Part shown: piece after piece, positions 28,229 through 40,309 of the stretch | How positions within the stretch are numbered: the stretch's first letter is position 1 | Layout: each line of letters starts with the position of its first letter | Source of the DNA: Lama glama | Lineage: Eukaryota | NCBI GenBank assembly: GCA_028534125.1 | Contig: CM052817.1 | Span: 78,432,001 to 78,496,000, forward strand | Direction: 5' to 3' | DNA: 64,000 nt | Translations under genes and position numbers: made by a program | Notes under the pieces: model-generated | What the model was told of the DNA's origin: nothing | Databases searched by the model: none | Seen by the model: only the letters and a program-made list of their open reading frames with translations

Positions 28229-28400
28229 GTGGGGTGCAGCTCAGTGGTAGAGTGCATGCTTAGCTTGCCTGAGGTCCTGGGTTCAATCCCCAGTACCTCC
28301 ATTAAAATAAAAAAGTAAATAAATAAACCTAATTATCCCCCCAAAACAAAAAACAAACAAATAAAATATTTTTTAAAAGAAAGAAAGAAAATAAACACAA
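28229..28400 (+). mobile_element. tRNA-derived SINE (Vic-1-like, camelid)
   Basis: Reads ggggtgcagctcagtggtagagtgcatgcttagc...ggtcctgggttcaatccccagtacctcc, with A and B boxes (B box GGTTCAATCC at 28280-28289). A-rich tail, flanked by aatttaaaaa repeats. Confidence 0.88.
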
Positions 28401-30398
28401 TTTAAAAAAATTTTTCTCACTTGAGTTTGTGAACTAAGAATCATACTGTCTTTAGCCACCTTCTATATTACAGTAAAACCTCTTAACACCTAACACGTAA
28501 TGGTCTAAAGATAGGAGGTGCCCAACAAATATATGATGGATGGATGGCATTTTAAAACTAGATCTGAAAGCTGGTGCTCTAACAGACGCTGTAATAGTCC
28601 CCACAGTATAACTTTGAGAATAATGAGCAATGATCAGAGATTATCCAAATCCTTGCTAAGTCTGTAAGAGTCGAACCCCGGTGGGTGAGCCTTTCAGTTG
28701 TACTGAGTATTATGACAGTTCACGAACTTGGTGCTACCCTATAGCTGGGTCACCGACGCCAAACAGAACTGAGCAGAAAAGAAAACAGGAGAACTCCAAA
28801 TTGCACGGAGTGCTTGATGCTTTGAGTTTAGAGCTGTCTGCTCTGGTATCTAAGCATAACAGAAATGCAGGTGCAGGCATGGGAAGAGAAGTCTCAAAAA
28901 GAGCGCATGTGATCTGGAAAGTCACAGAACGTATCACTGTGTAGAAGAGTTAACCTGAGCAGCTCTGGTCTGTTTTAGAAGCCTTGGCTTCCTGTCTCCT
29001 ATGCAGGGGTTGCCCTTTTGGAAAACTCTATAAATTAGGATCTGATCTAGGGACTATTTCAATCTATTAGTGAAGTCTCTACATTTGGCAGTACAACTGT
29101 ACAATAAATTCATTATAAACTCTTGAAAGAACTTGAACAGTCTGAAGTGTGTTTGTAATGAATAGGACATGGAAGTTTAGATTCCACGTTGGGAATCTCC
29201 CCAAGAGGTGAGTCTATTGTAGAGCTGAAGCTTTCTTAATCAATAAATGCCAATTGATCTATGTTCAATGTGAAGTGTGAAGTATTCAAGTCTCTCCTTG
29301 ATTTGTTAATTTATATTTAGAAGTTGATAAATAGCTACAGAGGATAGATATAATTCATAAGAGGCTGTATCCAACAACTGCCAGAGAGGTAATATTCTTA
29401 CTGGCACAAGAATGGACACATTCTGAGTGTTTTCATAACTAACAGTACATTGGAAAAAAAACGTTTCAAGGATGTATTTTATGTAAAAAAAAAAGTTACT
29501 TTAAACCTTTACAGTCTCTTCTCTACATGATGAAGAGAACCATGAAAAATTGACCCCAAGACAGATTTCTCTAGATGATGGATGAAGTGTAGAGTCACTG
29601 CACATTGACAGAAGGAAATTCTTTGAAAATACTGTATGTAACTCCATGACAGCCTTGGAGTACTTGATAATTCTAAAAAGAATAGAAATTTAAAAGCAAG
29701 CTTATCAGTTCTACAGTGATAAGGACAGCTTTCCATTGTTCTGGGTCCATGGGGACTATCTGAAGAAATTATATCTGTCTTCGATTGGGAGGGTATGTTT
29801 TTAAATCTTTGTCTATAGAATTCTATTCTACTATTTGCCTCTAAACCAGCTTGTGCAGGTCTTATTCAATACTTACAGAGTTCAAATGATAGAGGTGACA
29901 GAATAAAAGCACAGTGACTGGAAATACCACATTCTAGCAGCAGAACTAGTTCTAATGGAACTTTTGGCAGGGACGCCCAGTCATTGTACTTGCCGTGTGG
30001 ACTTCATAATTGTTTGTCAGTGGAAGGAGGTGTGAGGAGAAAGAAGAGACTGGACAAATAGATATATTTTCCTGTTCTAGCTTTGTTTACAAAATTGATA
30101 AATGTAACTTAAGGTCACAATTCCTCTATTTTCCTTGGTATCACTTATTCTCCCTCTTTCCAATAATGGGGGACAGTTGTAACTCACCAAGGATGCTGTG
30201 AATGTCTCAGAATAGGATAAAGTCATCTTGGTGGAATGGCAATAGGTCATATTTTTGGAGGTTCCTTCTGCTGTGACCAGACTGAGAGGTCACTGACCCT
30301 AAACATGTAGAGGTCTTTTATAAGTCACCCCAGTCCACCTTTCCTTCTACTCTTCTCTGTTAGAATCATCCTTTTCAAATCAGAGGCTGTCACTTCAC

Positions 30399-30978
30399 TG
30401 CATGAGGAGGTAATCAAGAGGACATGACCACCAGTTGACCTTTGGGCTGGACTTAGGCAAGGTCAGAGGGTGCTCATGCCCACCCCTGTCCTTGGGATGT
30501 ATGCTCTGCCTACAGTTCTCATAGTGGGAGCTGTTCCAGGGATGTAGCCTGGAGAGAGTAAGGTGTTCGGACCACAGGGATAGTACATGTGACTGGACCC
30601 AGTTAAGGCCTCTACATAAACTTTTTTATTTTTTAAATTAAATTAATTAATTATTTTATTGGAGTGGGTGGTAATTAAATTTACTTATTTATTTATTTTT
30701 AGAAGGAGTACTAGGGATTGAACCCAGGACCTTGCTAAGCATGTGCTCTACCACTTAAGATATACCATACCCCACTGCATAAACTTTTACGATTTGGCCA
30801 TCAGTGTAGAAATCCACCCATCCTGTGGCCACCCAAGACAAATCTCTTCTGTAAGTTTCCCTGCTCATTAAAACTGCCACCTACCAATCTGGAAGATTTG
30901 CTTGTTTCTTGGGTCTCTCCCTGCCCTCCAGCTGCTTTCAGATTACACAAGGGAAGCTCCTTGGTTGTGACCCAACCA
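30399..30978 (+). mobile_element. ERV solo LTR (family unassigned, probably ERV1) containing a nested SINE
   Basis: TG...CA termini with a perfect 4-bp TSD tcac (30395-30398 and 30979-30982). TATA-like tacataaa near 30613; ATTAAA at 30867-30872. Confidence 0.7.
30626..30774 (-). mobile_element. Vic-1-like SINE nested in LTR
   Basis: Reads ggagtactagggattgaacccaggacc...gctctaccact, with a T-rich tail. 14-bp TSD ct(a/g)cataaactttt at 30612-30625 and 30775-30788. Confidence 0.85.
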
Positions 30979-31114
30979 TCACCCTAATTATTGTCCAGTT
31001 TATTCCTGAAAGCAGTACATTCACAAATAACAATAACACAACATAGCAAAAGATGGTCCTATAGTCACTAATAGTGTCCTAGTAGAAAGAGTCTTCAAGT
31101 GTTGTGGAAAAATG

Positions 31115-31651
31115 TGTTACAGCTCAGTTGTGACAGCAACCTGGATCCAGGCGAGAGGCCAAGCAGCACTCCGAGAGTTGGAGAACTCAGGTTTATTACA
31201 CCAGCAGGCCCAGAGGAGTTAACACTTTAAGCTCTGGCCCCTTTTGTAGGTTTACACAGGCCTTTATAGGCTGCCAGTTTTACACTTTGTAACATCATAT
31301 GCAAATAAAGTATAACAGAAGTTGACCAACCAGGAACAAGCTTTGTAGAAATAGACCAATCAGGAGTGAGAGAAATAATCAATCAGGAGTGAGCTCCATG
31401 CAAATGAAGTACTACAAATGGACCAATCAGAAGTTAGGGAAGTGGACCAATCAGAAGTGAGAGTAATAGCCAATCAGGAGTGAAGGAAATAACCAATCAG
31501 AAATGAGCTCAGGGAACCAACAGAATTTTAGGTGTAAGTTAGCCGCTTTAGAGGCAAAAAGTGAGATAGAGCCTCTGGGCCAGGGAACTGGACAGTGCTG
31601 GGAGGAGAGTAGTGGCCCTGCCGGTCTTTTTATGGGGCTTCCTGCCTCACA
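31115..31651 (-). mobile_element. ERV solo LTR with tandem CCAAT array
   Basis: TG...CA termini. Minus-strand TATAAA (31263-31268) and AATAAA (31192-31197) are in LTR order, and the U3 repeat array spans 31324-31521. The TSD is not clean. Confidence 0.75.
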
Positions 31652-31934
31652 AGGTCATCTCTAAGAGCCCCACTTATTATGTACCTGGGCTGATCTCAAG
31701 TCCTAGGAAGAAATAGCTCTGCACTATAAGTGTTTTTATTCCACTGAATTCTCCTAAAGTGATTCCACTTTTTTATCCTACATTGTCTTACCCACTGACT
31801 GGCCAGTGCTTGGCAGCTGTCTTGGGCAATTTTCTGAACCAAATTTGACAAAGATTTCTTAATTTGCATATTAGAGTGAATTCCAGTGATAGAAGAAGTC
31901 AGTGGAACATGTTGAATCCTTTCAGAGGGATTTT

Positions 31935-31976
31935 ATTCAAAGGTTTGAAGAAAAAATTCAAAGGTTTGAAGAAAAA
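31935..31976 (+). repeat. Perfect 21-bp tandem duplication
   Basis: attcaaaggtttgaagaaaaa occurs twice in tandem. Confidence 0.9.
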
Positions 31977-33954
31977 AATGTTTTGATGTTAGGGATGCCA
32001 AAGAAATTCTACTACAAGCAGATCTGCAGTTTTCCTTTACTGGGCTCTGCAGCGTGGGCATGAAGACTTGCTTTTATAAGGTTGTAAGTAGAGACAATGA
32101 ACCTCAAAATTGAACATGCACAGCCTTTGTCTTTCACACTCTCATTTTTCTTCTACTGATCTAAACTGAAGCTAATAAAAGGTGACTGTCAGCATGACTA
32201 AAACTGCAGGATGACTCTTTATTTCCAGGGACGGGAGAGGCATTAACCAGATAGACTCACATAGTGGGCAGCCTCAGGACTGTACTTCGGAGAAGCCCAT
32301 AAACTGTGGCCTCAAAGACCTTAACTCTTTGTTAGCTTTGTGTTGCTGTATATGATTGTGCTGATCCAAAGTGTTTGAACTCATGGTGAAATTTTCAGGG
32401 GTAGAAGAAAAGAGGACAAAACCCCTAAATAAGGTGAATTAATTCATTGTTTGTCTTAATGGTAATTTTTGATTCACTAAATTGATTTAACATTAAACAC
32501 ATCCCTGATGGTATTTCATGAAGCAAGTCTATTTCAATAAAAGTGAGGTTCAAATATCAGGTAAAGAATATTGATTGTAGGGAATATAAATTTTCTATTT
32601 TTTTAGTCCTTTAAAATATTATTTAATTGTAAAATAAAGGCATATGTATTATGAAATAGAATGTAAAACTAACCTGTATGCTTGTAATGAAACAGAGCTC
32701 AAAGATTTTCTGTTTATGTAGTGAGCTGCTTTAGAATATGTCTACAGATCCTTCCAAAGTAGGTTCTTTGATTATCTGTGCTTAATGTGAGTGTTTTTTT
32801 TTTTAATGTGGGCAGACCTCACAGAGACATGATGGCTAAGAGTAAATGAGGTGATGCTAGAGGCCAGCACTGCGCCTGGTACGCACCAAAATCCTGGTTA
32901 AGCTTAGTCGCTGCTGCTGCCACCACAACCGCTACTACTGTTACCATCATCTCCATCATCATCATCACTATCATTGTTATTATCAAAGTAGAAAAAATTA
33001 TTTCCAGAGCAGGTTTTGGCAGCTTAGGTTTGGCCATTCCCTCACTTTCCACTGAGGGGACATTTTCTCTCTGATAACACCCATTCACTTTCTTCCTTAA
33101 TTTCTTTCTTTCTCTTTAATTTTTGTCATTGTCTTTTATTGTAGGATTAGTTCCTTATACTCAGGGAAGTAACTAAAGTTTTACTTTTTGAAAAAAAGTA
33201 TTAACTCTTGAAATAAAATATTCTGATAAAAGTGTGAAAAAAACCACATTTTCATGAATTCCCAGATTTCATTACCCATACTTCCCATTCAGATAACGTC
33301 AGTGTCTCCGTTTATTCATCTTTACCCCCAACCTTCTGCAGTCCCTCCATTTGTTCCCGGGGTTCCCCAGGGGCTACCTCACACGTTTCACACTTCATTC
33401 CTCTTTCTCCTCTCTAATTTCGCCTTTCCAGCATCACCTGGGGCCAGAAGGGACCAGACATCCCCCCACCTCCCGCCCTGGATATCATAGCCTTCATCTT
33501 CCTTAGAGCTTCAAATCTGCTGCCTGGCTATCACACTTGGAATTCATTTCTTGTAATAGCTCATAATTGTCCAAAATGTAGAAAATAGGATTTTCCTGTA
33601 TCACTATAGGTGATGTAGCTTCTCTCTAAACTTGGAAGGATTCAGATATGTATTCTCTTATGGCTTCAGGGAAGAAAGAGAATTTCCCCTAGTAATTATG
33701 TCCAGAAAATTAAAATTAAGTAAACATGTATGGCTGTTGCCTGAAAATGTGCATACCTTAATGTTGAACTATTTAGATACGCATACTAGATTTTTTCTAG
33801 TTATGGATATCACTGAAGAAAGTGAAGTTGCTTTTGGAGCTTTCCTCCTTAGATATGATATTGAATTAAAAAATGACCTCTGTGCTTAAAAAAATCCAAG
33901 ACATTAGAATGAATTGTCTTGAATAACTTTTTTTTCAGATTTGGTTTAGTCTTT

Positions 33955-34262
33955 TCTTGTTTTTTTGTTTTTTTTAAATTGACATATAGTTGATTAGCAA
34001 TGTTGTGTTAGTTTAAGGCATAAAGCAAAGTGATTCAGTTATATATATACGTATATATATTCTTTTTCAGGTTCTTTCCATTATAGGTTATTATAAAATA
34101 TTGAATATTGTTCCCTGTGTCATACAGTAGGTCCTTGCTGTTTATCTATATTATATATAGTAGTGTGTATCTGTTAATCCCAAACTCCTAATTTATCCTT
34201 CTCCTCACCCCTTTCCCCTTTGGTAACCACAGTTTGTTTTCTGTCTGTGAGTCTATATCTGT
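33955..34262 (-). mobile_element. 5'-truncated artiodactyl-type L1 3' end
   Basis: Poly-T followed by aattgacatatagttgatt...ttcccctttggtaaccac...tctgtgagtct, a reverse-complement homolog of 12400-12694. Confidence 0.88.
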
Positions 34263-36224
34263 AACAATAACTTCTATTTATTAATAATATTTTTATGTTT
34301 TAATGAGAAATTTCAATCTGTCTTAGATAATAGCAAATGCTTTTTATTGAAAACTCTACTTTTTACCTTTGAGATAGATATGAAACCACATGGATGCTTC
34401 CTCACCAGTAGAGGATGGTTGCAAGTCCCCTGGTTTCTTGAGCACTTGAACAAGGTACCATTTTGTTTTTCTGCATGGCCAGTGGAAAATGAGGGAGGCT
34501 TTTGACTATAATCCAATTAATTCACTTGTGAGGACAACCAATATGCGGGCCACAAGCCAAAGACTCATTTGAGCGCTTGGATTATTTCTAGGATTGTCTG
34601 AATTTGTCAATAAATAGTTAATTTCTTCTGCTTTTTGCATTAGTTTTACCAGGAAGAGAAAGAGAATTGGGCCATTGAGCTTACTTAGTAGTAAATGACA
34701 GACAAATCCTAGCCCTGGGAGTAATTCCATTTCCATTTCCCAAGCCTGATACTCGAGTGATATGGCTTCCTTCCCACCCTGTTGCATGAAAGCACCTTTG
34801 GGAATTGCCTTATCCAAGTTCACAATAGAACACCTCATTAGTCATGAGCAACACCTATAAAAAAGCAAAAGATTCTTAGAATTCCTCTATAAAATAAATC
34901 TTCTCAGAATTTTTATTTTTGGCCTTCAAAATATATTTTCAGGAACCCAAATTCTAGGCCAGCACTCAATCCCCATGATTTGATTCCTTCAGCTTCTGCA
35001 GAATACATTCTGAACTTCTTCGGATTATTTAGTGGGACATCCCAGGCATACTGTTTGCTTCTCGTAGCTCAGACTTCCCACTGGCAAGTGAGATGAATAA
35101 AAAGACAAATTATTGCCCACAAAGGTATCCTTTGAGAGAATACGAACGTTTACAACAAGCAGGGAGTATTAAAGCACTTAATTATATATGCTTCATAATC
35201 GGTTATCTGAGAGAAAAATCAGTCCGTATGTGTGACTATTAGTGAGAAGAATGAGAGACTTCCATGCAACTGTAGACGGTGCTGTAACCTGCAGTCCTGA
35301 TAATCTGCTCTTCCGAAAACTCTGGTCAGCTTTTCCATTCACAGCAGGACATGTTCAAGTTATGAAACTGCCAACTAGGCAAGCCAAGGTCGTATGAAAC
35401 AACTAAGGAAAACATCCTTAAATCTTAATTTTGGCTGCAGTAGGTCATCATTAATTTTGCTCTCAGTTTTAAGAAGAGTAATTTTTCCCCACCACAAATT
35501 CAATTTTATGTATTTGAAGTTAGTCTTGTGGATTTAAAACAAAATTTTAATGATTAACCAGCAATGGAAAACTTACACTTAAATCTGAAGTATTCTAACC
35601 ATCATTCTACATAAAGCTCACTTTCCACCTGATACTGTGCTTATATCCAAGAACTCTTTTGCTTATCCCTCACTTGGATCCACATATGATGGAATTAGAA
35701 TAGAAACAGAATTATAAACCTGTATTATGCTGAACTGAGCAATCTCATCTATTCTGCTATGGAACACCATGATATGCCTAACAGAAAAATTACATAGAAT
35801 TTGAAAATAGGCAAAAGAGGTGATTTGATGTCCCTTCAGTGTAGCACTAGGCTTGATGTTTGACTGGGGTATATTACAACTCTGTAGGAGCAAAGGTTAT
35901 AGGAGTACTTTCTGTCTGGTGGAACAGATAACCACAGAACTTAATCACCGTGTAAGATATTAACCAGTCTAGTAACTAATCTAGCAACTTTATCCTAATA
36001 GTTCTTTTTAAAATTTCAGATAGATAGATACTTCTTGAATGTTCTTTGAGCCAATTAAAACATCTTTCATTTATTAATGAGCTAAATAATCTCTTTGATA
36101 CATATTCATTTATATTTGCTTGATAGTCATAATTTTAAACTTTTTAATACTTATATTTAACATGCCCTAAATTGTAAGTTTAAAATAATAACAACCCTTC
36201 CTTTTTCCTACGGATGAAGTTAGA

Positions 36225-36420
36225 AAATCTTGCTATTGAAATGGGCTTATTGATTTCAATGCAGATGATAGTAGCAAAAGCTGAATGGCAGCTCTCAGTC
36301 ACCAGAACTAAGACAGGCATGGTTATCACTGTAGGCAGCAGGGTACAAGTGATAATCTGAAAGATGCTACCTACAGAAAACTTGAGCAATAGCTACTGGG
36401 TCAATGAGGATCTTTAAGCT
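36225..36420 (+). mobile_element. Possible ERVL/MaLR internal (gag-region) fragment
   Basis: 'gaaatgggcttattgatttcaatg...tggcagctctcagtcaccagaac...ggcatggttatcactgtaggcagcag' resembles ERVL internal consensus as recalled. No flanking LTRs seen. Confidence 0.4.
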
Positions 36421-37220
36421 GAACTAGAAAGGCAACTGACCGAAATCTCCTACAACACTCTAGACCTAACCCCTCAGCAGCCTGACCTGAATTATCTCAG
36501 TACAGTGAAATGGGTTCTCATGCAATTTCCAGAGGTTCGTTTGTGAAGAGTACATTAAAAGAAGAACACTGTGCTAAATCCTATTGTTTGTTTTGTAGAT
36601 ATTTATGCTGTACTCCACAAAAGGAACCTGTGGCTGTTTATTGAAGTTGCTGTGTACCTAGACTTTTCAGAGGTTGCTGGGCTCTAGTTGGATGCTGCAG
36701 CTTGCTGGTTACTTATCCCCTCTCCACAGGTGACAAATGGAGTTTTGGCTTAAGTCTGTAGATTTTAAAATAGGAATGCTTGGCAAGTAGCAGAATATAT
36801 ACATAGGCTTGCTAACTTCTAAAGTAAAGGCTATTTTGATATAAGTGCCAAGAGGAAGCATTTGTAATCACCCTTCCCTATCAAAAGAGTTAACCAAATG
36901 CAATATAGATTTTCTGGGCGATTACAGATGTTAATGTCATCTTTAAACACTTGAAATCAGTAGAAGCGGTGTTTCCTATCATGCTCTCTTTTAACTTAAT
37001 TTTTGGTCTCAGAGAATAAAAAGGAATTTTTTGGAAATTAATAAGGCAGTGACTCAAATCATAATTGCTATTCCAGATGTGCTCTATTTACAACACTGCT
37101 GCTAGCATATGGTGTGCAGCCATTCGTTTGGAAAATGCTTACAGTGAGCCAGCTGGAAAAACTTCTCATGCCCAGGGCCAATCAAAGCTGGCAGCTTTAT
37201 GGCTTATCTAGTAGAGAGAA

Positions 37221-37231
37221 ACACACACACA

Positions 37232-37283
<52 letters not shown>

Positions 37284-37348
37284 CACACACACAATATATT
37301 TTATATGTATATATATAATATATATACACACACACTCACATACATACA
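37221..37348. repeat. Compound (CA)n/(TA)n microsatellite
   Basis: Read directly from the sequence. Confidence 0.95.
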
Positions 37349-37744
37349 TTGCAAATGTGACGTAGGCAGCTTTCAAAATCTGAATCATTTAAAAAGACCT
37401 TCCAAGCCTTATGCCTCTTTTTATTAGTGGTCGTGGGGAGTGAGTGGGGCAAGATGCAGCAATATGTGTTTCATATCTTCACTTTGGAGACTATATTCTG
37501 ATATGTCCCTGATTTCAAAAAAGCATCAGTGAGTTTGAAAGACGCTGCACATTCCCAGGTTGTATCTCTTTCTGGCACAGAACTATTTTACTAAGGTGTT
37601 TAGGAAGTTACAGCTACATCCTGCTCCTAATGGCCTATTGTAATGATACCATCAGTACGGTTGATCAGCAGGATGTCCTGTGACGTTAGTGATTCCATTA
37701 AAATGTGGTTACTCTTTTAATGTGTGGCACAGATTTTTATGTGT

Positions 37745-39808
37745 TTTATTTTTAATTATTTTATTGATATAAAAAACTCATGGCATTAAATTTACCATCT
37801 TAATCATTTTTGTGTATATTCAATAATGTTAAATATATTCACACTGTTGGGCAACAGAAAATGTATGCCCACTAAGTACTAGTTTCCCCTCAACCTCAGC
37901 TCTTGGCAAACATCTATTTATACTTTCTGTTAATATGGTTTTAATTACTTCAGGTAGTTCATATGAGTGGAATCATGTAATATTTGTTCTTCTGTGACTG
38001 ACTTATTTGACTTAGCACAATGTCCTCAAGTTTTGTTCATGATGCAGCATATGACCAGATTTCATTCCTTTTCAAGGCTACATAATATTCTTTTGCATGA
38101 GTATATACCAAATTTTCTTCATTTATTCATCCCAATGGTTATTTGGGCTGCTTCTACCTCTTGGTTATTGTAATTAATGCTTCAATGAACATACATGTAC
38201 AAATATCTCTCTAAGATCCTGCTTTCAATTATTTTGTATGTGTACCCAGAAATGGAATTGCCAGATCATATGGCAATTCTATTTTTCATTTCAAAGGAAA
38301 CTCCATACTGTTTTTCCTAATGGCTGCACCATTTTACATTCTCACTGACAGTGCACAAGAGTTCCAATTTCTCTATGTCCTCACCAACAGATGTTATTTT
38401 ATGTTCTTTTGATAGTGGCCATCCTGATGTGTATCGGGTAATATTTCATTGTGGTTTTGATTTGAATTTCCTTATGATTAGTGATGTTCACCATCTTCTC
38501 ATATGCTTGTTGGCCATTTGTGCATCTTCTTTGGAGAATTGTCTAGTCATGTTCTTTGTATATTTTTTAATGAAGTTATTCGTTGTCTTGTTGCATTGCA
38601 GAAGATCCTTATCTATTCTGGTTATTAACCCCTTATCAGATATATGATTTCCTCCCATTCTGTAAGTTGCCTTTTCATTCTGATGACTGCTCCCTCTGAT
38701 GGACACAGGTATTAAAATTTGGTATAGTCTTATTTATTTCTTTTTGCTTTAGTTGCCTGTGCTTTGGTGTCATGGCCATGAAATCATTGCCAAATCCAAA
38801 GTCCTGAAGCTTTTCCTGTATGTTTTCTTCTAGGAGTTTTATACTTCTGGGTTTTATATTTAGGTATTTTAATCCACTTTGAGATAATTTTTTACATGGT
38901 ATAGGGTAAGAGTTCAGCTTTATTCTTTTGGCTGTGAAATCCAGTTTTCTCAGCACCATTTGTTAAAGAGTTTCATCTTTCCTCATTATGCAGTTCTTGG
39001 CACCCTTGTCAAAAATCATTTGACCATATATTCAAGAGTTTATTTCTGAGTGCTATTCTTTTCCATTAGTCTATGTGTGCTAGAACCACACCATCTTGAT
39101 TACTATTGCTTTGTAGTATGTTTTGAAATCAGAAAGAGTGAGGCCTCTAACACTGTTCTTTTTCAAGATTGTTTTGGCTATTTAGGGTCCCTTGAGATTC
39201 CATATGAATTTTAGGATGTTTTTGCTTATTTCTACAAAAAGTGTCATTGGGATTTTGATGAGGACTGCACTGATTTTGTAGAATGCTGTGGGTAGCATGG
39301 GCATTTCTTTGAGCAATGTTTTTGTCATTTTTTGTGTATGTCTTTTATCTCCATGATTAAGTTTGTTCCTAAGTATGTTATCTTTTTGACTCTATAGTAA
39401 ATGTGACTGTTTTCTTAATTTCCTTTTTGGATTGGTCATTATTAGTGTATAGAAATGCAGCTGATTTTTGTGTGTTAATTGTGTATGCTACAATTGCTGG
39501 AATTGTTTATTAGTTGTAACTTTTCTGTGTGTGTGGAATTTTTAGAGTATTCTACATATAAGATCATGTAATCTGCAAACAGATAGTTTTTCCAATTTAG
39601 ATACCTTTTCTTGTCTAATTCCAGAATATGTTGAATAGTAGTAGTGAGCTTGAACAACTTGTCCTTCTTCCTGATCTCAGAGGAAAAACTTATAGCCTTT
39701 CTTTACTGAGCATGATGTTAGCTGTGAGCTTTTCATATATGGCTTTCATTATTTTGAGGTAGTTTCCTTGTAGTCCTAGTCTGATGCATATTCTTATCAG
39801 GAAATTGT
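37745..39808 (-). mobile_element. L1 (L1MA/MB-type) 3' ~2 kb: ORF2 C-terminal half and 3' UTR, decayed
   Basis: ORF2 fragments NHISDKGLITRIDKDL...FSKEDAQMANKHMRR, IKLLEENIQEKLQDFGFGNDF and LFADYMILYVE (RT YADD-like motif). T-rich tail near 37745. Confidence 0.92.
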
Positions 39809-40099
39809 CTCTTTTATCTTTGATGAGTATCCCAAGTGCTTAGAACTGTGCTGGCACAAAATAGGCACTCAATAAATATGCACGGGAAAGAATAAAGTAG
39901 AAAAAGACTAATGGTGAGAAGACCAATATAGACCATTTCAAATGTCCAGAGAGTAGACTTTGCCCTTGCGATAAGCAAGGGGAGGTGTATTGTTGCCTCT
40001 TCTGGGAAAGCAATTTCTTCTAGTGGACTTTGTTCATTTGAACAGAATAAAAGCCTGTTTTGGATCAATACTGAGAAATGGACCACAATCACAGTACCC

Positions 40100-40305
40100 T
40101 GCTCTAAAGGTTAGCTCAAGAAAAATAGAGGAAAAGAGAAATTCTCATAGTGATAAGAGAGAAAGGGGAAGGGCGTGTGATCTAGTCTCCAAAGTTGCAC
40201 ACCATCACTTCCACTTTATTCTAGTAATGAAAAGGGAAGTGATTAGGCTCCATCTCTTGAAGGAAGGTGTAACAATGAATTTGTGGATATATATTAAAGA
40301 CATCA
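40100..40305 (-). mobile_element. MLT1-type MaLR LTR fragment
   Basis: 'tgatctagtctccaaagttgcacaccatcacttcc...ggctccatctcttgaaggaagg...gaatttgtggatata' resembles reversed MLT1. Confidence 0.55.
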
Positions 40306-40309
40306 TTAA

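Noticed and set aside
28229..28300. tRNA-Ala-like sequence with A and B boxes
   Set aside because: It has an A-rich tail, flanking direct repeats and two diverged sister copies in the window, so it is a SINE head and not a tRNA gene.
31324..31521. Regularly spaced repeats that could suggest a CRISPR-like array
   Set aside because: The units are ~23-bp tandem duplicates with related spacers inside a mammalian LTR. There are no unique spacers and no cas genes.
32819..33088. 89-aa ORF with M/V/A runs resembling a membrane segment
   Set aside because: It derives from a degenerate trinucleotide tract (32909-32985) and shows no gene structure.
37114..37388. ORFs with HT/YI/CV repeats
   Set aside because: Translation of a microsatellite.
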